This document shows positions 27,307 to 35,821 of a stretch of DNA of 64,000 nucleotides, one piece after another. The DNA comes from an uncultured Actinomycetota bacterium (lineage in GTDB: Bacteria; Actinomycetota; UBA4738; HRBIN12): NCBI GenBank assembly GCA_963762745.1, contig CAVXMB010000002.1, forward strand, positions 104,554 through 168,553, read 5' to 3'. A model generated the notes under the pieces. That model was not told the origin of the DNA, ran no database searches, and saw only the letters and a program-made list of their open reading frames with translations. Numbering within the stretch: position 1 is the stretch's first letter; the number at the start of each line of letters is the position of its first letter. The position numbers and the translations under genes are program-made.

Positions 27307-28362
27307 ATGCCTTCCGAGGTCGGCGTCAGCGTCATCATCTCTACGCGCAACCGGGCCTCGTACCTCGAGGACTGCCTGCGGTCGCTCGCAGCGCAACTGG
27401 ACGCTCGGGTCGGACACGAGGTCGTGGTCGTGGACAACGGATCGGACGATGCCACTCCCGACCTGCTCGCTCGATGGTGTGCTGACCGCCCCGAGTTCCG
27501 CACGGTCAGGGAAGAGCGAGTGGGGCTCAGCCGAGGGAAGAACGCCGGGATCCGGTCGGCGAGGGGCTCATTGCTCCTCTTCACGGACGACGACGTCATC
27601 CTCCCGCCGGGCTGGATCCGTTCGTATGCGGAGTTCTTCGCTCGGCACTCGCCGGAAACCGTCGTCGCGGGTGGTCCGATCGTCCCGGTGCCCGAGGATC
27701 TCGGCGAGTGGCCGGCATGGCTCGAGGATGGCGCGCTCATCGATGTCGGGAGGCTGGACCACGGGGTGGAGCGTGAGTTGCAGCCTCCCGACTACGTGTT
27801 CGGCGGCAACATGGCCGTCCCCGCCGCCATCTTCTCGAGGCTGGGCTTGTGGCGCGAAGATCTCGGCAACACTCCGGAGGATCGGACCACCTTCGAAGAC
27901 ACGGAACTGCAAGACCGGCTCAGAGAGGGAGGAGGAACGGTCTGGTTCTGCCCCGAGACTCCGATCCGGCATCGCGTTCCGCGAGAACGTTCATCGCCTG
28001 CAGCGATCCTGCAGAACGCGTTCGGACGGGGTCGCAATGACTTCTGGAAGGAGGTCACCGCGGCGGATGCTGATCTCTCCTCCGCTCCGCGCGTCGGCGT
28101 TGTTCCAGGCCTGACCTCCCTCGTGGGGAACCTCGTGACCGAAGGCCTCGCGCTCGGTTGGTTCCGCCTCCGACGCCGAGCACCCGCCCTCGAGCGAGCC
28201 CGGCGAGCGGCATGGCGATCCGGCCGATCCTTCGAGATCCTGCGGCCGGGCAGGGACCGAACCCGCCTGTACGGCAGGATCGGCCGGGCCACCTTCCTGA
28301 TGCGTGGCGCGTTGAAGAGACTGGCCCCGCAGATCGGTGGAGACGACCGTCCCGGTCCCTAG
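27307..28362 (+). CDS. GT2-family glycosyltransferase
   Basis: VSVIISTRNRASYLEDCLRSLAAQ...VVVVDNGSDDATPDLL...LLLFTDDDV (GT-A fold, DxD). Confidence 0.85.
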   Translation: MPSEVGVSVIISTRNRASYLEDCLRSLAAQLDARVGHEVVVVDNGSDDATPDLLARWCADRPEFRTVREERVGLSRGKNAGIRSARGSLLLFTDDDVILPPGWIRSYAEFFARHSPETVVAGGPIVPVPEDLGEWPAWLEDGALIDVGRLDHGVERELQPPDYVFGGNMAVPAAIFSRLGLWREDLGNTPEDRTTFEDTELQDRLREGGGTVWFCPETPIRHRVPRERSSPAAILQNAFGRGRNDFWKEVTAADADLSSAPRVGVVPGLTSLVGNLVTEGLALGWFRLRRRAPALERARRAAWRSGRSFEILRPGRDRTRLYGRIGRATFLMRGALKRLAPQIGGDDRPGP

Positions 28363-29372
28363 GGATGGCGTCCCGTTCTCTTGCGGGCGCGAGCCAGTGC
28401 CCACACGGCGGGCCCCGCGCGCCACAGCACCCAGACCGGGCGATACACGTACGCCACCATCAAGCCGAGACGTCCGCGCTCGGCCAGCGGAGACCACGCT
28501 CGCATGAACGATGCCGGAGGGAAGATCTTCCGAAGCACCAGCCGCCCCTTGCCCCGCACCCCGGGACTCGAGACGAGCCAGTCGATGCCCAGAGCGAGCG
28601 CCGGAGCGCCGCCGCCCGAGCGGATCGCGATGTCCAATGGGGCGTCCGCCGGAAGCCCGAGCCGGTCAGCAAGCTCCACTCCCGACGGGGCCACGAGGCG
28701 AAGGCCCGCGGCAAGGCTGCCGAGCGCCCCCAGGCGTTCCGCGAGCCGCACCGTCTCGATCCACAGCTCAGGTGGGAGCCGGTCGATCGCGTGACCGAGG
28801 TCGTGTCGCGCTTTCGCGATGCGCGGCCCGTCTTTGGCCGTATGCAGCGCAAGCGCAAGAGCTCGAGCCGGAGGAGCGAGCACGTCGACGTCCACCCCGG
28901 CCACCGTCATCTGTTCGAGTCCTTCGGTCAGCGTTCTCCACACCGTCTCGGGAGGCACTCCGACTCCTGCAAGCGTCTGGTGCAGGTCGACGTCGACCGA
29001 ATCGCTCCGAACCCAGTTCCTCGAATAGCGGGGCCAGTCTCCTTCGATGGTCTCGAGTCCGTGTCGCTCGAATCCGAGCGCCTTCAGCACCTCCTCCGAG
29101 GCTTCCACTTCCGGATCCGGAACGAGCAGGTCGATGTCCGCATACCCGCGCATCTCGTTCTCCCGGTAGAGCCAGCGGGTGAGGGCAGGTCCCTTCAACA
29201 GAACACTTCGGACCCCGGCGCTGCGCCATGCGGTGACGATCTCAGCGGTTGCCCGATCGAGGACGAGCGTTCGCATCGCGTGTTGCATCTGGGGAGAGAT
29301 AGGAGGGTCCGCAGACTGCATGACTCCGGGGATCTTGGGATCCGGTTCGGAAGTAGGAGCCATCGAGACCAA
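28359..29372 (-). CDS. Nucleotidyltransferase family protein (PF14907 / NTP_transf_5-like)
   Basis: SAGVRSVLLKGPALTRWLYRENEMRGYADIDLLVPDPE...LKALGF pattern typical of the uncharacterised nucleotidyltransferase family seen in kinase-associated lasso clusters. The plus-strand 430-aa ORF here is Arg/Pro-rich shadow. Confidence 0.75.
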   Translation of the reverse strand: MVSMAPTSEPDPKIPGVMQSADPPISPQMQHAMRTLVLDRATAEIVTAWRSAGVRSVLLKGPALTRWLYRENEMRGYADIDLLVPDPEVEASEEVLKALGFERHGLETIEGDWPRYSRNWVRSDSVDVDLHQTLAGVGVPPETVWRTLTEGLEQMTVAGVDVDVLAPPARALALALHTAKDGPRIAKARHDLGHAIDRLPPELWIETVRLAERLGALGSLAAGLRLVAPSGVELADRLGLPADAPLDIAIRSGGGAPALALGIDWLVSSPGVRGKGRLVLRKIFPPASFMRAWSPLAERGRLGLMVAYVYRPVWVLWRAGPAVWALARARKRTGRHP

Positions 29373-29380
29373 CCTATCCT

Positions 29381-30394
29381 GTGCCCGTGCTCGAGGACCA
29401 GCATGCCCGTCTGCCGAACGGCCCTGAGACCCCTCTGTCGTCGATCGTGATCCCTTGTTACGACACGCCTGAGCAGTTCCTTCGAGAGTGCCTCGAGAGT
29501 GTCATCGCCCAGACCGAGGGCAGCTGGGAGGCGATCGTCGTCGACGACGGCTCCACGCGACTCGACGTCGATGCGCTGATCGAACGAACAGGTGACCCCA
29601 GGATCCTCGCCGTTCACCACCCCCAGAACCGGGGTGAGGCGGCGTCGAGGAACTCAGGGATCCGTGTCGCTCGCGGAGAGCTGATCGCCGCACTCGATGC
29701 CGACGATCGTTTGGCGCCCGATTTCCTCCGGGCGACTCGGGCCGTGCTCGACGCCTCCCCCGAGGTCGAGTGGGTCCTGACCGACCGGCAGTTGTTCGGC
29801 AAGGGGGTGGACATCCTTCGGTATCCCGACCCTCTCCCACTCCCTTGCCCCGTGCACTTCAACGCGCAGACCCCGGGGATGATCCGAAGGAGTCTCTGGG
29901 AAGCGATCGGCGGCTACTCGGAGGAGGAGGTGTTCCAGAGCGGAGGGGCGGACCTGGACTTCTGGATGTCCGCGGTGGAGCGAGGCGTCGTGACCGGACA
30001 CGTCACCGACCCGGTCTACCTCTGGCGGATCCATGAAGGGTCGCTCAGTCAGACCAGCTTCCGGTACAACAACCACCTCATCCATCGGGCCCTCTATCGG
30101 CGCCATCGCGGGTTGTTCCGCTCATTCGCGAAGCGGTGTCCCCGATGTCGTGGGCGACGAAGTCCGAGGCACTACGTGGGGAGCGGTTATTCGGTCGCGG
30201 CCGACACCTCGCTCCGCAGAGGAGAGCGAGGCCGAGCGGTGCATCTGGCCGTTCGAGGTCTGACGGTCGATCCGGGTCGCGGGAACCTGAGGCTTCTCGC
30301 GAGAACGCTCATCCCTTCCTCGGCGGCAGGGGCGAGCCGGATGTTCCTCGACAGACTGTCACGCTCCCCCCGCAAGGATCAGAAGGGGCGCTGA
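29381..30394 (+). CDS. GT2-family glycosyltransferase with a C-terminal CPRC-containing extension (paralog of 16501-17484)
   Basis: SSIVIPCYD...FLRECLESVIAQ...AIVVDDGSTR...LDADDRLAP. Collinear similarity to 16501-17484, including KRCPRC vs EPCPRC. Confidence 0.85.
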   Translation: MPVLEDQHARLPNGPETPLSSIVIPCYDTPEQFLRECLESVIAQTEGSWEAIVVDDGSTRLDVDALIERTGDPRILAVHHPQNRGEAASRNSGIRVARGELIAALDADDRLAPDFLRATRAVLDASPEVEWVLTDRQLFGKGVDILRYPDPLPLPCPVHFNAQTPGMIRRSLWEAIGGYSEEEVFQSGGADLDFWMSAVERGVVTGHVTDPVYLWRIHEGSLSQTSFRYNNHLIHRALYRRHRGLFRSFAKRCPRCRGRRSPRHYVGSGYSVAADTSLRRGERGRAVHLAVRGLTVDPGRGNLRLLARTLIPSSAAGASRMFLDRLSRSPRKDQKGR

Positions 30395-30403
30395 CCCGAA
30401 CCC

Positions 30404-30697
30404 TCAAGATGGGGCCGGCTCGGTGAGGATCAGGTCGCGCTCGGCGAGATCGGCCAGGAACTGCCGGATCTCCTCCTCGAAGTCGGGAGGCACATCCTGG
30501 AGCTGTGCTCTCAGCTCATGAAGGAGCACATCGACAGGCTTCTGCTCCTCCAGCAGGCTCCAGATCAAGACTCCGACTTCGTTCAGCCCGTGGTACGCGG
30601 CGGTGTCAAGGTGGAGGAGGACACCTCCTTCACCTTCCCCCATGCTCCTGGATTCGACACGGGGGTTCCTCCGGAGAAGGGTCGTCGTATCGATCAT
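30404..30697 (-). CDS. PqqD-family protein (stand-alone RiPP recognition element; candidate lasso B1)
   Basis: 97 aa. GGVLLHLDTAAYHGLNEVGVLIWSLLEEQKPVDVLLHELRAQL...EEEIRQFLADLAERDLI is a typical PqqD/RRE winged-helix pattern. GAAGGAAAGG RBS upstream of ATG 30697. Confidence 0.8.
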   Translation of the reverse strand: MIDTTTLLRRNPRVESRSMGEGEGGVLLHLDTAAYHGLNEVGVLIWSLLEEQKPVDVLLHELRAQLQDVPPDFEEEIRQFLADLAERDLILTEPAPS

Positions 30698-30782
30698 CTT
30701 GGGGCCTTTCCTTCGCTCACGATCCCTTGGACTGACGCGGACCGTAAGTGAATCACGTGGTGCCCGGACATGCCCGTCGCCA

Positions 30783-31331
30783 TCAGGGGAGCGGCTCTGC
30801 GTGACCTTGCCGACGCACCCGCTGACTTGCCTGCCAGACGAGCCAAGCAACAGCGAGCAGGACGAGGCCCGACAACAACCAGAGCGTTGCGTCCGAGCCG
30901 CCGAGGTCGAGACCTTCGCCCGGGGATGGCCGTCCGGACGACAGGACCACCGCTGCGAGGGCGCCCAGGCCGACGTTCCTGGCCAACATCAGCCGATAGT
31001 CGAAGATCCGACTCCCACCGAAGCATCCACACCCGAGCTTGTTCGTCCCGAGCACGATCCGGGTCCGGACGATCGCGACACAGAACACCGCGAGCAGTCC
31101 GATCGCCATCACGGCGCCCGATCTCTCAGCTCCCGTGATCAGAAGGCCGGCGATCCCCAACTCGATCCACGGAAGCACCAAGAAGACCGCCACTCGGACG
31201 GGACGACTCAGTCGGTATGAGACGAGATCCATCCGCCAACGTTCAGCTCGGATGACCTTCATCGATCCCGCCCATGCGAACGCCCCGGCAAGGAGGATCG
31301 ATGCGAGCGTCACCCAGCCATCTGACATCAA
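30783..31331 (-). CDS. MauE/DoxX-family redox-associated membrane protein
   Basis: Four hydrophobic segments and the conserved CGCFG motif (NKLGCGCFGGS). Confidence 0.8.
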   Translation of the reverse strand: MMSDGWVTLASILLAGAFAWAGSMKVIRAERWRMDLVSYRLSRPVRVAVFLVLPWIELGIAGLLITGAERSGAVMAIGLLAVFCVAIVRTRIVLGTNKLGCGCFGGSRIFDYRLMLARNVGLGALAAVVLSSGRPSPGEGLDLGGSDATLWLLSGLVLLAVAWLVWQASQRVRRQGHAEPLP

Positions 31332-31403
31332 GTCAGATAGTACGAGAAGCCATATTTCCGGCCAGACCGAAAGACGAACTCGTTCAGTGGGATCGTACGG
31401 AAC

Positions 31404-33011
31404 TCAATACTTGGCGTAGTACGGATGTGTCAGATGATCCGAGTTCGTGAGAACGGAGCCGATCACGGGAGTCCCGATCCGTTCTAGGAGACGCCTGACC
31501 TCCTCGAGCGCCGATTGATCGGTCGTTCGAGCGTCCGCCACGACGAGGATCGCCTCGCTGGCGATGGCGAGCGCGATCGGATCGGATCTGCCGAGTAGCG
31601 GCGCAGAGTCGATGAGGATGAGATCCGCATGGCCTTCGAACTCGGCCAGCAACGCCGCGATCGAACCCGGGTTGAGCAGGGGGTCCTTGCTTTCAGGCGC
31701 CGGGCCTCTCCGTACCACGTGAAGGTTCTCGACGGATCCCACCCACATCGCTTCCTCGATCTTCTTCTTGCCCATGAGGACGTCCGTCAGGCCGGGGCCG
31801 GGTTCCGCGTCGAAGTACGCTTCCAACTCCGCTCTCTGGAGGTCGGCGGAGACCAGCACAACCCGCATCCCCGTCCGAGCGAGTGTCACCCCGAGATTGG
31901 CCACGGTGAGCGTCTTGCCTTCGGCTTCCATGGCGCTGGTCACCAAGATGTTCTTCGCTCCGAGCTCGGCAGCCGATTTCACGAGCCGGGTTCCGAGGAC
32001 CCGGAAGGCTTCGCTCACGGCCGAGTCGGGGTCCGTCATGGTCAGCAGCGTCGGGGAGGTCGGGATGAACAGCGGATCCCGTGGGATGACCCCCAGGGTC
32101 GGCACACCGACGCGTTCTTCCAGATCCTCTCTTCCCCGGACCCGAGCGTCGAGATGGTCCCGCAGGAACGCGATACCCACGCCGAGGGCGAGGCCGACGA
32201 ATATCGCGAAGGTCAGCGTCCTTCCATGATCGGGGCTGAACGGACCGAACGGGATCTGCGCGTCCTGGATGACCTCGCCGACGTTGATGTTCTCCGGCAG
32301 CACCAGGTCGTTGAGCCGCTCCTCGAGGAATCCTCGTTGTGAGAGCAACGAGTTGAACTGGATCTGCAGGGACGTACGGTCGGCATCCGACAGGTTCTCC
32401 TCCAGCAGCTGGTTCTGGACGTCCTGGAGCTGCAAGTCGATCTCGGCGATGCGTTCCTGGATCGGCCGGGACGCTGCCTCGAGGTCGGTCAGGACCTCGT
32501 CCCGCCGGAACTGCAGGTATGCCTCCGCGAAGGCCTGGGCCGTTCCCTGAGCCTCCTCCGGGCTTTGAGAGACGGCCCGGAACACGAGGGACTGCGTTCC
32601 TTCGACGGGGGTCACGTCGATGCTCGCCTGGATGGGACCCCCGAGACTGTCGGATGCGATCTCGGCCACGGCGGTGGAACTCCCCACGCGTTCTTCGGTC
32701 AGCATGTTGATGAATCCACCGGCGCTGGCCGGTTGCGTCGGATCGAAGTTCACGGGTCGCACCAACACCTCAGAACTCGCCTCGTAGAGCGGCGTCTGCC
32801 CGAACGAGTAGAAGAGGGCGGTGGGCACGACGACACCCAGCACTCCGAGGACCCACCACCTCCGCCGCCAGAGCGTCGTGAGATAGGTTCGGAGGTCGGG
32901 GGCGGCCTGGCCGGCCGGCGAGGGACTCCTCTTCTCGATCCGCTCCATCAAGTCGCCCACCCTGTCTCCATCCCGAAGCCCGTCGCCGTGCGGCCTACCC
33001 GCACGGCTCAT
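31404..33011 (-). CDS. Polysaccharide co-polymerase (Wzz) fused to a BY-type tyrosine autokinase; start uncertain (33011 or 32948)
   Basis: TM + chain-length-determinant region + coiled-coil + second TM, then VTSAMEAEGKTLTVANLG (Walker A), VVLVSADL, LILIDSAPLL (Walker B). The first about 60 residues of the 598-aa ORF are not protein-like. Confidence 0.85.
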   Translation of the reverse strand: MSRAGRPHGDGLRDGDRVGDLMERIEKRSPSPAGQAAPDLRTYLTTLWRRRWWVLGVLGVVVPTALFYSFGQTPLYEASSEVLVRPVNFDPTQPASAGGFINMLTEERVGSSTAVAEIASDSLGGPIQASIDVTPVEGTQSLVFRAVSQSPEEAQGTAQAFAEAYLQFRRDEVLTDLEAASRPIQERIAEIDLQLQDVQNQLLEENLSDADRTSLQIQFNSLLSQRGFLEERLNDLVLPENINVGEVIQDAQIPFGPFSPDHGRTLTFAIFVGLALGVGIAFLRDHLDARVRGREDLEERVGVPTLGVIPRDPLFIPTSPTLLTMTDPDSAVSEAFRVLGTRLVKSAAELGAKNILVTSAMEAEGKTLTVANLGVTLARTGMRVVLVSADLQRAELEAYFDAEPGPGLTDVLMGKKKIEEAMWVGSVENLHVVRRGPAPESKDPLLNPGSIAALLAEFEGHADLILIDSAPLLGRSDPIALAIASEAILVVADARTTDQSALEEVRRLLERIGTPVIGSVLTNSDHLTHPYYAKY

Positions 33012-33305
33012 CCATCCCGGCCACCCCTCCGCGACCGAGAAGCCGACGGCGCAAGCCTGAGTCCCTGCGATCTCTCTGTTGAGACCCTCGGATGAGGGAC
33101 AGAGAAACCTGATCACGGTAAGGGTACCGCTGTCCCCGGCCCGACAGCCAAAGCACCATCGGAAGAACATGTCCTTCCAAGAGCTTTTCAGCGCCCTCAC
33201 TCTCGGCTATCTGGCAGATTGGATACTGATCCCCGATATCCAACCCGGCAGCTTCGCTAGGGTGTTTGCTGCTGAAGGCCCCCATCACCGACTTCTGGAG
33301 CACGC

Positions 33306-34325
33306 GTGGCGGAAGTACTCACCAGATCACCTGGGAAGGACTCCGAGCAGCAACGTCCCCTGGCGGCGGAAGCTCTTGATGTCGTACGTCATTTCGGCGC
33401 GACGCGAGCCCTGGACGGGGTGTCGCTGCAGGTTCGCCAGGGCGAGATCCATGCGCTCCTCGGGCCCAACGGTGCAGGGAAGACCACGCTCCTCCGATCG
33501 TTCACAGGCCTCGTCCAGCCGAGCGGCGGAACGATCCGACTTCGCGGGATCCCGTCGGAGGAACTGGGCTACCGCGGGTACAGGAAGCTGTTCGGATACG
33601 TCCCGTCGGGTGATCGCTCCTTCTACCTACGGATCTCCGGACTCGAGAACCTCGTCTTCTTCGGCAGGCTGTACGGGCTGAAGAAGCGGAAAGCCTTCGA
33701 GAGAGCGTGGGAATGTCTTCGTGCCGTCGGCTTGGAGGAGGCTGCTCGCATCCGATCGGGCCTCTACTCCCATGGCATGCAGAAGCGCCTCTCGGTCGCT
33801 CGTGGCTTGCTGAGCGACCCGGTCGTCCTCTTCGTGGACGAAGCGACCCACGACCTGGACCCGGAGGGTGCACGGCGAGTCCAGGACCTGGTGTCGGAGG
33901 CTGCTTCGCGTGGGACGGCCGTGGTGTGGGCGACCCAGCGACTCGAAGAGATCCGTGGATTCGCCGACCAGGTGACGGTCCTCGATCGCGGGACCGTCCG
34001 GTTCCTGGGAACTGTTCCCGAACTGATGGCGATCTCGGAAGTTCGACGGTACGTGCTCCAGCTCGATGGCGGGACGTCGGACGCTCCGATGATCGCCTCT
34101 GCTGCGAACGACGTGCTCTCGTCCATCGCCACGGTCACGCTGGTGGAAGATTCTCAAGGCAGAGATTGTCTGCTCGACCTCGCGGATGGCGCGGTTCTCG
34201 GCGATGCGATCTCCGCGCTGACGGCAGCGGGCATCCACGTGCTCGCGTGCCGGGAGGATCGATCAGGTATCGAGACGGCGTTCCTGAATCTCACCAGGAA
34301 GACGGAGCAGGAGATCGACCCATGA
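33306..34325 (+). CDS. ABC transporter ATP-binding protein
   Basis: LLGPNGAGKTTLL (Walker A), YSHGMQKRLSVA (signature-like), VLFVDEATHDLD (Walker B). Confidence 0.9.
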   Translation: MAEVLTRSPGKDSEQQRPLAAEALDVVRHFGATRALDGVSLQVRQGEIHALLGPNGAGKTTLLRSFTGLVQPSGGTIRLRGIPSEELGYRGYRKLFGYVPSGDRSFYLRISGLENLVFFGRLYGLKKRKAFERAWECLRAVGLEEAARIRSGLYSHGMQKRLSVARGLLSDPVVLFVDEATHDLDPEGARRVQDLVSEAASRGTAVVWATQRLEEIRGFADQVTVLDRGTVRFLGTVPELMAISEVRRYVLQLDGGTSDAPMIASAANDVLSSIATVTLVEDSQGRDCLLDLADGAVLGDAISALTAAGIHVLACREDRSGIETAFLNLTRKTEQEIDP

Positions 34326-35176
34326 GCCTTGTGCCCGCCTCGAGCGGCAGGTTGAGCGCCTTGAGCGAGGACCTCGCCAAGATCCCTGCATTCTTCCGCC
34401 GGGACCTTCTGATCCTGTGGAGCTATCGGACGGCCTTCTTCTCCGATTGGATCAACATGCTGGTTCAGGTGATGGTCTTCTACTTCCTCAGCCGGATCAT
34501 CCCGAGCGAGAGCCTCCCGGAGTTCGGTGGTCAACCCACCACATACATCCAATTCGTGACGGTCGCGATCGCACTGACGGCGTTCGTCTCCATCAGCATC
34601 GGTCGCGTGACCAGTGCAGTGAACACGGAACAGAATCAGGGCACGCTGGAAGCACTGCTGATGACGCCTACGGCATCATCCACGATCCAACTGGGATGGG
34701 TCGTTTACGACCTCTTGTATGTCCCGCTCCGAACGACCGTGTTCCTGCTGTTGATGAGCGGGCTGCTGGGCGTGACGCTCTCTCCCGCCGGGATCCTCCC
34801 GACGGTGGTGATGTTCATCCCGTTCATCCCGTTCGTGTGGGGCATCGGGGTCATGAGCGCGGCGGCGATCCTGACGTTCCGTCGGGGTCATGGCCTCGTG
34901 GGTCTGTGGGCTGCGCTCCTCACGCTGACCTCCGGCGCCTACTTCCCCATCGAGAACTTCCCGGGATGGCTCCAGAAGATCGCGGAGCTCAACCCGATGA
35001 CGGGGGTCCTCAATGGTGCCCGCGAGGCGTTGCTCGGCGATCCCGACTGGTCGCTCGTCTGGGAGGTGGTCATCCCCCTCGTGCCGCTCGCAGCCATCAC
35101 CCTCACGCTGGGTGTATTCGCCTTCCGGTTGTCGCTCGCGAGAGAACGCCGGCGCGGCACACTCGGCCTCTACTGA
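34322..35176 (+). CDS. ABC-2 type transporter permease
   Basis: The start overlaps the ATPase stop (ATGA at 34322-34325). Six hydrophobic segments in an ABC-2 (Wzm-like) layout. Confidence 0.85.
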   Translation: MSLVPASSGRLSALSEDLAKIPAFFRRDLLILWSYRTAFFSDWINMLVQVMVFYFLSRIIPSESLPEFGGQPTTYIQFVTVAIALTAFVSISIGRVTSAVNTEQNQGTLEALLMTPTASSTIQLGWVVYDLLYVPLRTTVFLLLMSGLLGVTLSPAGILPTVVMFIPFIPFVWGIGVMSAAAILTFRRGHGLVGLWAALLTLTSGAYFPIENFPGWLQKIAELNPMTGVLNGAREALLGDPDWSLVWEVVIPLVPLAAITLTLGVFAFRLSLARERRRGTLGLY

Positions 35177-35320
35177 CAGGAGACGTCAGGGCCCCAGCAT
35201 CACGATGGCCAACCTCCCCTCTCAAGTTCTCTGCCCTGCAGGTCGATACCCGAAAGCAGGTAGATAACCGGCTGTTCGGCGCTCCGGATCCGTTCGGGCG
35301 CGGAAGGGGATGAGGGCTTC

Positions 35321-35746
35321 ATGAGGAAGATATTCATCGCGATCGCGCTCGTAGCGCTCGTTGCGCTGGTCGCAGGACCCGCGACCGCAGGCGGCAAGGG
35401 CAACGGCCGCGGCGGCAAGGGCGGCGGCGGCAAGCCGAACGGAGGCACTGGCACCATCAGCCTCGTGCTTCTCGAGTCCACGGACGGCTACGCGCATTAC
35501 GGTCAGCTGATCAGATTCAACGTCGCGACCTCGGCCACGAGCGAGCCGCGAGTCCACCTCATGTGCTATCAGGGAGGAGCGCTGGTTGCGCAGGGGTGGG
35601 AAGGGTATTTCGAGCGGTCCCTGTCGGACGGCGACTTCCGCCTCAACTCCCCCTCGTGGACCGGCGGAGAGGCTGACTGCACTGCCCTCCTCGAAACGCC
35701 ACAGGGAGCGCAGCTCGGCTCGACGAACTTCCACGTGTACGCGTAG
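35321..35746 (+). CDS. Small secreted protein with a Gly/Lys-rich segment after the signal peptide (function unknown)
   Basis: MRKIFIAIALVALVALVAGPATA signal, then GGKGNGRGGKGGGGKPNGG. Followed by a terminator hairpin. Confidence 0.6.
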   Translation: MRKIFIAIALVALVALVAGPATAGGKGNGRGGKGGGGKPNGGTGTISLVLLESTDGYAHYGQLIRFNVATSATSEPRVHLMCYQGGALVAQGWEGYFERSLSDGDFRLNSPSWTGGEADCTALLETPQGAQLGSTNFHVYA

Positions 35747-35768
35747 TCGAGCCTTCAGGAAACAGAGA

Positions 35769-35794
35769 GAGGCCCCGGCTTTCGCCGGGGCCTC
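35769..35794. terminator. Bidirectional intrinsic terminator between convergent genes
   Basis: gaggccccggc-tttc-gccggggcctc: a perfect 11-bp GC-rich stem followed by ttcccgttct. Confidence 0.6.
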
Positions 35795-35821
35795 TTCCCG
35801 TTCTGCGACTACGCCGAGCGC

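Noticed and set aside
28158-29450. 430-aa plus-strand ORF over the nucleotidyltransferase gene
   Set aside because: Arg/Pro/Ser-rich shadow. The minus-strand frame gives the LLKG...DIDLLV pattern of the PF14907 family.
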